Positions 39,501 to 51,300 of a stretch of DNA of 64,000 nt are shown piece after piece. Source of the stretch: the human T2T-CHM13v2.0 reference genome, Homo sapiens; contig CP068257.2 in the NCBI GenBank assembly GCA_009914755.4, forward strand, positions 1,120,001 to 1,184,000, written 5' to 3'. How positions within the stretch are numbered: the stretch's first letter is position 1; every line of letters begins with the position of its first letter. Under the pieces are notes generated by a model. It ran no database searches and was not told where the DNA came from. It saw only the letters and a program-made list of their open reading frames with translations. Both the position numbers and the translations under genes were made by a program.

Positions 39501-42500
39501 GGAATGGAATGGAATGGAATGGAATGAAATCAACCCGAGTGGAATGGAACGGAATGGAATGGAATGGAAAAGAATGAATGGAAGGGAATGGTGTGGAATC
39601 AACACGAGAGGAATGGAATGGAATGGAATGGAACGGAACGGAATGGAAAGGAATGGAATGGAATGAACCCGAATAGAATGGAATGGATTGGAATGGAATG
39701 GAATTGAATCAACCTGAGAGGAAAGGAATGGAATGGAATGGAGAGGAATGGAATGTAATGGATTGGAATGCAATGGAATGGAATCAACACGAATGGAATG
39801 GAACGGAATGGAATGGGATGGGATGGAATGGAATGGAGTGGAAGTTAATCAACACGAATGGAATGGAACGGAATGGAATGGAATGGAATGGAATGGAATG
39901 GAATGAAAGGGAAAGGAACAGAATGGAATCAACAGGAGTGGAATGGAATGGAACAGAATGGAATCAACCCGAGTGGAATGAAATGGAATGTAATGCAATG
40001 AGATGGAGTGGAATCAACCCGAGTGGAATGGAATCGAATGGATTGGAATGGAATGGAATGGAATGAAATGGAATGGATCGGAATGGAATCCAATGGAATC
40101 ACCTGGAATGGAATGGAATGGAATGGAATGGAATGGAATGGAATGGAATGGAATGGAATAAATCCGGGTGGAGTGGAATGGAATGTAATGGAGTGCAATG
40201 TTACGGAATTTAGTGGAATGGAATGGAATGGAATGGAATGGAATGGAATGGAATGGAATGGAATCTAATGGAATGAAATGGATTGGATCGGAATGGAATC
40301 CAATGGAATCAACTGGAATGGAATGGAATGGAATAAATCCGGTTGGAGTGGAATGGAATGTAATGGAGTGGAATGGAATGGAATTTAGTGTAATGGAATG
40401 GAATGGAATGGAATGGAATGGAATGGAATGGAATGGAATGGAATGAAATGGAATGGAATCAACCCGAATGGAATGGAACGGAATGGAATGGAAAGGAATG
40501 GAATGGAATGGAATGGAATGGAATAGAATGGAATGGAATGGAATGGAATGGAATCAACCCAAGTGCAATGGAATGCAATAGAATGCAATGGAATCCACCC
40601 GAGTGGAATGGAATGGAATGGAATGGAATATAATGCAATGGAATAGAATGGAATGGAATGGAATGGAATGGAATGGAGTGGAATGGAACTGAATGGAGTG
40701 GAATGGAATAAACACCAGGAGAATGAAATGGATTGGAATGAAATGGAATGGAATGGAATGGAATGGAATGAAATCAACCCGAGTGGAATGGAACGGAATG
40801 GAATGGAATGGAAAGGAATGAATGGAAGGGAATGGTTTGGAAACAACACGAGAGGAATGGAATGGAATGGAATGGAAAGGAACAGAATGGAAAGGAATGG
40901 AATGGAATGAACCCGAATGGAATGGAATGGATTGGAATGGAATGGAATGGAATCGACCCGAGCATAAAGGAATGGAACGGAATGGAGTGGAATGGAATGG
41001 AATGGAATGGAATGGAATGGAATGGAATGGAATGGAATCAACACGAATGGAATGGAGCGGAATGAAATGGGATGGGATGGAATGGAATGGAATGGAATGG
41101 AATGGAATGGAATGGAATCAACATGAATGGAATGGAACGTAATGGAATGGAATGGAATGGAAAATAATGGAATGGAATGAACCCGAATGGAATGGAATGG
41201 ATTGGAATGGAATGGAATGGAATGGAATCAACCCGAGCGGAAAGGAATGGAATGGCATGGAGTGGAATGGAATGTAATGTAATGGAATGGAATGGAATGG
41301 AATCAACACGAATGGAATGGAACGGAATGGAATGGGATGGGATGTAATGGAATGGAATGGAAGTTAATCAACACGAATGGAATGCAACGGAATGGAATGG
41401 AATGGAATGGAGTGGAATGAACCCGAATGGAATGGAATGGATTGGAATGGAATGGAATTGAATCAACCCTAATGGAAAGGAATGGAATGGAATGGAGTGG
41501 AATGTAATGTAATGTAATGTAATGGAATGGAATGGAATGGAATCAACACGAATGGAATGGAACGGAATGGAATGGGATGGGATGGAATGGAATGGAATGG
41601 AAGTTAATCAACATGAATGGAATGGAATGTAATGGAATGGAACGGAACGGAATGGAATGGAATGGAATGGAATGGAATGAAATGGAAAGGAACGGAATGG
41701 AATCAACATGAGTGGAATGGAATGGATAGGAATGGAATCAACCCGAGTGGAATGAAATGGAATGTAATGCAATGGGATGGAGTGGAATCAACCCGAGTGG
41801 AATGGAATGGAATGGAATGGAACGAAATGGAATGGATCGGAATGTAATCCAATGGAATCAACTGGAATGGAATGGAATGGAATGGAATGGAATAAACCCG
41901 GGTGGAGTGGAATGGAATGTAACGGAGTGGAATGTAATGGAATTTAGTGGAATGGAATGGAATGGAATGGAATGAAATGGATTGGATCGGAATGGAATCC
42001 AATGGAATCAACTGGAATGGAATGGAATGGAATGGAATAAATCCGGGTGGAGTGGAATGGAATGTAATGGAGTGGAATGGAATGGATTTTACTGGAATGG
42101 AATGGAATGGAATGGAATGCAATGGAATGGAATGGAATGGAATGGAATGGAATGGAATGGAATGGAATCAACCCGAATGGAATGGAACGGAAAGGAATGG
42201 AAAGGAATGGAATGGAATGGAATGGAATGGAATGGAATGGAATGGTATAAATCCAGGTGGAGTTGACTGTAATGTAATGCCGTGGAATGGAATGGAATTC
42301 AGTGGAATGGAATGGATTGGAATGGATTGGAATGTAATGTAATGGAATGGAATGGAATGGAATGGAATGGAATGGAATGAAAGGGATAGGATCGGAATGG
42401 AATCCAATGGAATCAACTGGAATGGAATGGAATTGAATAAATCCGGGTGGAGTGGAATGGAATGTAGTGGAGTGGAATGGAATGGAATTTAGTGGAATGG

Positions 42501-43190
42501 AATGGAAAGGAATGGAATGGAATGGAATGGAATGGAATGGAATGGAATGGAATGGAATCAGCCCGAATGGGATGGCATGGAATGGAATTCAATGGAATGG
42601 AATGGAATGGAATCAACCCAAGTGCAATGGAATGGAATGGAATGCAATGGAATCCACCCAAGTGGAATGGAATGGAATGGAATGGAACGGAATGGAATGG
42701 AATGGAGTGGAATGGGACGGAATGGAGTGGAATTGAATAAACACAAGGGGAATGAAATGGATTGGAAAGAAATGGAATGGAATGGAATGGAATGAAATCA
42801 ACCCGAGTGGAATGTAACGGAATGGAATGGAATGGAAAGGAATGAATGTAATGGAATGGGGTGGAATCAACACGAGAGGAATGGAATGGAATGGAACGGA
42901 ATGGAATGGAATAAATCCGGGTGGAGTGCAATGGAATGTAATGGAGTGGAATGGAAAGGAATTTAGTGGAATGGAATGGAATGGAATGGAATGGAATGGA
43001 ACGGAATCAACCTGAATGGGTTGGCATGGAATGGAATGGAATGGAGTGGAATGTAATGTAATGTAATGGAATGGAATGGAATGGAATCAACACGAATGGA
43101 ATGGAACGGAATGGAATGGGATGGGATGGAATGGAATGTAATGGAAGTTAATCAAGACGAATGGAATGCAACGGAATGGAATGGAACGGA
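21594..43190. repeat. HOR copy 2 of the ~21.6-kb HSat3 unit, apparently >=99% identical to copy 1 in aligned blocks.
   Basis: Translations are identical over hundreds of codons. Offsets between copies change only in 5-bp steps: 21,593 -> 21,553 -> 21,568 -> 21,578 -> 21,583 -> 21,598 -> 21,588 -> 21,593 -> 21,603. Confidence 0.9.
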
Positions 43191-43435
43191 ATGGAATGGA
43201 ATGGAATGAACCCGAATGGAATGGAATGGATTGGAATGGAATGGAATGGAATCAACCCGAGCGGAAAGGAATGGAATGGAATGGAGTGGAATGTAATGTA
43301 ATGGAATAGAATTGAATGGAATGGAATCAACAGGAATGGTATGGAACGGAATGGAATGGGATGAGATGGAATGGATGTTAATCAACACGAATGGAATGGA
43401 ACGGAATGGAATGGAATGGAATGGAATGGAATGGA
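43191..43435. repeat. First ~245 bp of a third HOR period (matches 21,594-21,835), followed by loss of the 21.6-kb periodicity.
   Basis: 43,141-43,435 matches 21,541-21,835 nearly base for base, including 'caacaggaatggtatggaacg[c/g]aatggaatgggatgagatggaatggatgttaatcaaca[t/c]gaatgg'. After ~43,435 copy 1 continues '...ggaaaggaatggaatggagtggaatggaacggaatggagtggaatggaataaacaccagggg', while here the sequence reads '...gaatgaaatggaatggatcggaatggaatacaatggaatcaactgg'. Confidence 0.8.
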
Positions 43436-46400
43436 ATGGAATGGAATGAAATGGAATGGATCGGAATGGAATACAATGGAATCAACTGGAATGTAATGTA
43501 ATGGAATGGAATGGAAAGGAATAAATCCGGGTGGAGTGGAATGGAATGTAACGGAGTGGAATGTAAAGGAATTTAGAGGAATGGAATGGAATGGAATGGA
43601 ATGGAATGAAATGGGTTGGATAGGAATGGAATTCAATGGAATCAACTGGAATAGAATGGAATGGAATAGAATGGAATAAATCCGGGTGGAGTGGAATGGA
43701 ATGTAATGGAGTGGAATGGAATGGAATTTAGTGGAATGGAAAGTAATGTACTGGAATATAATGGAATGGAATGGAATCAACCCGAGTGGAAAGGAACGGA
43801 ATGGAATGGAAAGGAATGGAATGGAATGGAATGGAATGGAATGGAATGGAATGGAATCAACCCGAATGGAATGGAACGGAAAGGAATGGAAAGGAATGGA
43901 ATGGAATGGAATGGAATGGAATGGAATGGAATGGAAAGGAATGGAATGGAATGGAATGCAATCAACCCGAATGGGATGGCATGGAATGGAACTGAATGGA
44001 ATAGAATGGAATGGAATGGAATGGAATGGAATGGAATCAACCCAAGTGCAATGGAATGGAATGGAATGCAATGGAATCCACCTGAGTGGAATGGAATGGA
44101 ATGGAATGGAATGGAATGGAATGGAGTGGAATGGAACGGAATGGAGTGGAATGCAAGAAACACCAGGGGAATAAAATGGATTGGAATGAAATGGAATGGA
44201 ATGGAATGGAATGGAATAAAATCAACCCAAGTGGAATGGAACGGAATGGAATGGAATGGAAAGGAATGAATGGTATGGAATGGTGTGGAATCAACACGAG
44301 AGGAATGGAATGGAATGGAATGGAACGGAACGGAATGGAAAGGAATGGAATGGAATGAACCCTAATGGATTGGAATGGATTGGAATGGAATGGAATGGAA
44401 TCAACCCGAGCGGAAAGGAATGGAATGGAATGGAGTGGAATGTAATGGAATGGAATGGAATGGAATGGAATGGAATCAACACAAATGGAATGGTACGGAA
44501 TGGAATGGGATGGGATGGAATGGTATGGAATGGAAGTTAATCAACAAGAATGGAATGGAACGGAATGGAATGGAATGGAATGGAAACGAATGCAATGCAA
44601 TGGAATGCAATGGAATGGAATGGAATGGAATGGAATGAAATGGAATGGAATGGAATGGAATCAAAACGAATGGAATGGACTGCAATTGAATGGAATAAAT
44701 CTGGGTGCATTGGAATGGAATGTAACGGAGTGGAATGTAATGGAATTCAGTGGAATGGCATGGAATGGAATGGAATGGAATGGAATGGAATGGATTGGAT
44801 CGGATTGGAATCCAATGGAAGCAACTGGAATGGAATGGAATGGAATGGAATGGTATAAATCCGGGTGGAGTAGACTGTAATGTAATGGAGTGGAATGGAG
44901 TGGAATTCAGTGGAATGGAATAGATTGGAATGGATTGGAATATAATGGAATGGAATGGAATGGAATGGAATGCAATGAAAGGGATTGGATCGGAATGGAA
45001 TCCAATGGAATCAACTGGAATGGAATGGAATGGAATACATCCGGGTGGAGTGGAATGGAATGTAATGGAGTGGAATGGAATGGAATTTAGTGGAATGGAA
45101 TGGAATGGAATGGAATGGAATGGAACGGAATGGAATGGAATGGAATCAACCCGAGTGGAATGGAATGGATTGGAATGGAAAGGAATGGAATTGAATGGAA
45201 TGCAATGGAATGGAATCAACCCGAATGGGATGGCATGGAATGGAAAGGAATGGAATGGAATGGAATGGAATGGAATGGAATCAAAACGAATGGAATGGAA
45301 CGGAATGGAATGGGATGGGATGGAATGGAATGGAATGGAAGTAAATCAACACTAATGGAATGGAACGGAATGGAATGGAATGGAATGGAATGAACCCGAA
45401 TAGAATGGAATGGATTCGAATGGAATGGAATTGAATCAACCCGAGCGGAAAGGAATGGAATGGAATGTAGTGGAATGGAATGTAATGGAATGGAATGGAA
45501 CGGAATGGAATCAACACGAGTGGAATGGAATGGAACGGAATGGAATCAACCCGAGTGGAATGAAATGGAACGTAATGCAATGGGATGGAGTGGAATCAAC
45601 CTGAGTGGAATGGAATGGAATGGCATGGAATGGAACGGAATGAAAGGGAATGAAATGGAATGGATCGGAATAGAATCCAATGGAATCACCTGGAATGGAA
45701 TGGAATGGAATGGAATGGAATGGACTCGAATGCAATGGAATGGAATAAATCCGGGTGGAGTGGAAAGGAATATAATGGAGTGGAATGTAATGGAATTTAG
45801 AGGAATGGAATGGAATGGAATGGAATGGAATGGAAAGTAATGGAATGAAATTGATTGGATAGGAATGGAATCCAATGGAATCAACTGGAATGGAATCAAT
45901 GGAATGGAATGGAATAAATCCGGGTGGAGTGGAATGGAATGTAATGGAGTGGAATGGAATGGAATTTAGTGGAATGGAATGGAATGGAATGGAATGGAAT
46001 GAAATGGAATGGAATCATCCCGAGTGGAATGGAATGGAATGGAATGGAAAGGAATGGAATGGAATGGAATGGAATGGAATGGAATGGAATCAACCCCAGT
46101 GGAATGGAACAGAATGGAATGGAAATGAATAGAATGGAATTGAATTGAATGGAATGGAATGGAATCAACCCGAATGGGATGGCATGGAATGGAATGGAAT
46201 GGAATGGAATGGATTGGAAAGGAATGGAATGTAGTCAACCCAAGTGCAATGGAATGGAATGGAATGCAATGGAATCCACACGAGTGGAATGGAATGGAAT
46301 AGAATGGAATGGAATGGAATGGAATGGAATGGAATGGAATAAATCCGGGTGGAGTGGAATGAAATGTAATGGAGTGGAATGGAATGGAATTTAGGGGAAT

Positions 46401-46899
46401 GGAACAGAATGGAATGGAATGGAATGGAATGGAATGGAATGGAATGGATTGGAATGAAATGGATTGGATCGGAATGGAATCCAATGGAATCAACTGGAAT
46501 GGAATGGAATGGAATGGAATGCAATAAATCCGGGTGGAGTGGAATGGAATGTAATGGAGTGGAATGGAATGGAATTTAGTGGAATAGAATGGAATGGAAT
46601 GGAAAGAAATGGATTGGATCGGAATGGAAGCCAATGGAATCAACTGGAATGGAATGGAATGGAATGGAATGGAATGGAATGGAATGGAATGGAATAAATC
46701 CGGGTGGAGTGGAATGGAAAGTAATGGAGTGGAATGTAATGGAATTTAGTGGAATGGAATTGAATGGAATGGAATGGAATGGAATGGAATCAAACCGAAT
46801 GGATTGGAACGGAATGGAATGGAATGGAATGGAATGGAATCAACACGAATGGGATGGCATGGAATGGAATTGAGTGAAATGGAATGGAATGGAATGGAA

Positions 46900-49800
46900 T
46901 GGAATGGAATGGAATGGAATGGAATGGAATCAACCCGAATGGGATGGAATGTAATGGAATGGAATGGAATGGTATGGAATGGAATGGAATCATCCCAAGT
47001 GCAATGGAATGGAATGGAATGCAATGGAGCCACCCGAGTGGAATGGAATGGAATGGAGTAGAATGGAACGGAATGGAGTGGAATGGAATAAACACCAGGG
47101 GAATGAAATGGATTGGAATGAAATGGAATGGAATGGAATGAAATCAACCTGAGTGGAATGGAACGGAATGGAATGGAATGGAAAGGAATGAATGGAAGGG
47201 AATGGTGTGGAATCAACACGAGAGGAATGGAATGGAATGGAATGGAACGGAACGGAATGGAAAGGAATGGAATGGAATGAACCCGAATGGAATGGAATGG
47301 ATTGGAATGGAATGGAATTGAATCACCCCGAGCGGAAAGGAATGGAATGGAATGGAGTGGAATGGAATGAAATGGAAAGGAACAGAATGGAATCAACACG
47401 AGTGGAATGGAATGGAACGGAATGGAAACAACCCGAGTGGAATGAAATGGAATATAATTCAAAGGGATGGACTGGAATCAACCCGAGTGGAATGGAATGG
47501 AATGGAATGGAATGAAATGGAATGGATCGGAATGGAATCCAATGGAATCAACTGGAATGGAATGGAATGGAATGGAATGGAATGGAATAAATCCGGGTGG
47601 AGTGGAATGGAATGCAATGGAGTGGAATGTAATGGAAATTAGTGGAATGGAATGGAATGGAATGGAATGGAATGGAAAGAAATGGATTGGATAGGAATGG
47701 AACCCAATGGAATCAACTGGAATTGAATGGAATGGAGTAAATCCGGGTGGAGTGGAATGGAATGTAATGCAATGGAATGGAATGGAATTTAGTGGAATGG
47801 AATGGAATGGAATGGAAAGGAATGGAATGGAATGGATTGGAATCAACCCGAGTGGAGTGGAACGGAATGCAATGGAAAGGAAAGGAATGGAATGGAATGG
47901 AATGGAATGGAATGGAATGGAATGGAATCAACCCGAATGGGATGGAATGTAATGGAATGGAATGGAATGGAATGGAATGGAATGGAATGGTATGCAATGG
48001 AATGGAATCATCCCAAGTGCAATGGAATGGAATGGAATGCAATGGAGCCACCCGAGTGGAATGGAATGGAATGGAATGGAATGGAATGGAATGGAATGGA
48101 CTGGAATGGAACGGAATGGAGTGGAATGGAATAAACACCAGGGGAATGAAATGGATTGGAATGAAATGGAATGGAATGGAATGGAATGGAATGAAATCAA
48201 CCCGAGTGGAATGGAAGGGAATGGAATAGAATGGAAAGGAATGAATGGAAGGGAATGGTGTGGAATCAACACGAGAGGAATGGAATGGAATGGAATGGAA
48301 CAGAAAGGAATGGAAAGGAATGGAATGCAATGAACCCGAATGGAATGGAATGGATTGGAATGGAATGGAATTGAATCACCCCGAGCGGAAAGGAATGGAA
48401 TGGCATGGAGTGGAATGGAATGGAATGGAATGTAATGGAATGGAATGGAATGGAATGGAATCAACACGAATGGAATGGACCGGAATGGAATGCGATGGGA
48501 TGGAATGGAATGGAATGGAAGTTAATCAACACGAATGGAATGGAACGGAATGGAATGGAATGGAATGGAATGGAATGAACCCGAATGGAATGGAATGGAT
48601 TGGAATGGAATGGAATGGAATCAACCCGAGCGGAAAGGAATGGAATGGAATGGAGTGGAATGGAATGAAATGGAATGGAATGGAATGGAATGTAAACAAC
48701 ACGAATGGAATGGAATGGAATGGAATGGAATGGAATGGAATGGAATGGGATGGAATGGAATGGAATGCAAGTTAATCAACATGAATGGAATGGAACGGAA
48801 TGGAATGGAATGGAATGGAATGGAAAGGAATGAATGGATGGGAATGGTGTGGAATCAACACGAGAGTAATGGAATCGAATGGAATGGAACGGAACGGAAT
48901 GGAAAGGAATGGAAAGGAATGAACCCGAATGGAATGGAATGGATTGGAATGGAATGGAATTGAATCAACCCGAGCGGAAAGGAATGGAATGGAATGGAGT
49001 GGAATGGAATGGAATGGAATGGAATGGAATGGAATCAACACGAATGGAAAGGAACGGAATGGAATGGGATGGGATAGAATGGAATGGAATGGAAGTTAAT
49101 CAACACGAATGGAATGGAACGGAATGGAATGAAATGGAATGGAATGAAATGGAAAGGAACAGAATGGAATCAACACGAGTGGAATGGAATGGAACGGAAT
49201 GGAATCAACCCGAGTGGAATGAAATGGAATGTAATTCAAAGGGATGGAGTGGAATCAACCCGAGTGGAATGGAATGGAATGGAATGGAATGAAATGGAAT
49301 GGATCGGAATGGAATCCAATGGAATCAACTGGAATGGAATGGAATGGAATGGAATGGAATGGGATAAATCCGGGTGGAGTGGAATGGAATGCAATGGAGT
49401 GGAATGTAATGGAATTTAGTGGAATGGAATGGAATGGAATGGAATGGAATGGAATGGAATGGAATGGAATGAAATGGATTGGATAGGAATGGAACCCAAT
49501 GGAATCAACTGGAATTGAATGGAATGGAATAAATCCGGGTGGAGTGGAATGGAATGTAATGGAGTGGAGTGGAATGGAATTTAGTGGAATGGAATGGAAT
49601 GGAATGGAATGGAATGGAATCAACCCGAGTGGAATGGAACGGAATGCAATGGAAAGGAATGGAATGGGATGGAATGGAATGTAATCAACCCGAATGGGAT
49701 GGCATGTAACGGAATGGAATGGAATGGAATGGAATGGTATGGAATGGAATGGAATCATCCCAAGTGCAATGGAATGGAAAGGAATGCAATGGAGCCACCC

Positions 49801-51300
49801 GAGTGGAATGGAATGGAATGGAGTGGAATGGAATGGAGTGGAATGTAACGGAATGGATTGGAATGGAATAAACACCAGGGGAATGAAATGGATTGGAATG
49901 AAATGGAATGGAATGGAATGGAATGGAATGAAATCAACCCGAGTGGAATGGAACGGAATGGAATGGAATGGAAAGGAATGAATGGAAGGGAATGGTGTGG
50001 AATCAACACGAGAGTAATGGAATGGAATGGAATGGAACGGAACGGAATGGAAAGGAATGGAAAGGAATGAACCCGAATGGAATGCAATGGATTGGAATGG
50101 AATGGAATTGAATCAACCGGAGCGGAAAGGAATGGAATGGAATGGAGTGTAATGTAATGTAATGTAATGTAATGTAATGTAATGTAATGGAATCAACACG
50201 AATGGAATGGAACGGAATGGAATGGGATGGGATGGAATGGAATGGAATGGAAGTTAATCAACACGAATGGAATGGAACGGAATGGAATGGAACGGAATGG
50301 AATGGAATGAACCCGAATGGAATGGAATGGATTGGAATGGAATGGAATGGAATCAACCCGAGCGGAAAGGAATGGAATGAAATGGAGTGGAATGGAATGG
50401 AATGGAATGGAATGGAATGGAAACAACACGAATGGAATGGAACGGAATGGAATGGGATGGGATGGAATGGAATGGAATGCAAGTAAATCAACACGAATGG
50501 AATGGAACAGAATGGAATGGAATGGAATGAAATGCAAAGGAAAGGAATGGAATCCACACGAGTGGAATGGAATGGAACGGAATGGAAACAAACCAGAGTG
50601 GAATGAAATGGAATGTAATGCAATGGGATGGAGTGGAATCAACCCGAGTGGAATAGAATGGAGTGGAACGGAATGAAATGAAATGGATCGGATTGGAATC
50701 CAGTGGAGTCAACTGGAATGGAATGGAATGGAATGTAATCGAATGGAATGGAATGGAGTGGAATGGAATGGAATAAATCCGGGTTGAGTGGAATGGAATG
50801 AAATGGAGTGGAATGTAATGGAATTTAGTGGAATGGAATGGAATGGAATGGAATGGAATGGAATGGAATGGAATCAACCCGAGTGGAATGCAACGGAATG
50901 CAACGGAAAGGAATGGAATGGAATGGAATGGAATGGAATGGAATGGAATGGAATGGATTGGAATGGAACGGAATGCAGTGGAATGGAATAAACACCAGGG
51001 GAATGAAATGGATTGGAATGAAATGGAATGGAATGGAATGGAATGGAATGAAATCAACCCGAGTGGAATGGAACGGAATGGAATGGAATGGAAAGGAATG
51101 AATGGAAGGGAATGGTGTGGAATCAACACGAGAGTAATGGAATGGAAAGGAATGGAACTGAACGGAATGGAAAGGAATGGAAAGGAATGAACCCGAATGG
51201 AATGCAATGGATTGGAATGGAATGGAATTGAATCAACCCGAGCGGAAAGGAATGGAATGGAATGGAGTGGAATGTAATGTAATGTAATGTAATGTAATGT
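46900..51300. repeat. Local tandem array of ~4 variable-length (1.0-1.8 kb) HSat3 sub-units inside the diverged flank.
   Basis: Marker 'gagccacccgagtggaatgg' (EPPEWNG) occurs at ~47,025, 48,045 and 49,790. The block '...INTRGMKWIGMKWNGMEWNGMKSTRVEWNGMEWNGKE' ends at 47,141, 48,229, 49,981 and 51,101. Marker 'aat(a/g)taattcaaagggatgg' occurs at 47,455 and 49,240. - ORFs 47478..47846 and 49255..49875 are near-identical. Confidence 0.65.
50149..50188. repeat. (GTAAT)8 variant-pentamer micro-expansion. A paralogous (GTAAT)6 lies at 51,274-51,303, and (GTAAT)5 at 10,633-10,657 and 32,228-32,252.
   Basis: Counted directly from 'gtaatgtaatgtaatgtaatgtaatgtaatgtaatgtaatgg'. The two flank copies sit ~1,125 bp apart at equivalent positions of adjacent local sub-units. 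Confidence 0.85.

Noticed and set aside
1-43435. Assignment to the Y-chromosome DYZ1 array or to a specific autosome (9q12, acrocentric p-arms and others).
   Set aside because: DYZ1 is known for a ~3.56-kb HOR, which does not fit the 21.6-kb period here. Beyond that the chromosome cannot be determined from sequence alone. It is left as something to check by mapping, not called.
43191-43435. A complete third HOR copy from 43,191 to the end of the window.
   Set aside because: Only ~245 bp match. Beyond ~43,435 the landmarks of the unit are absent at the expected +43.19-kb positions, and only shuffled lower-identity paralogues are present.
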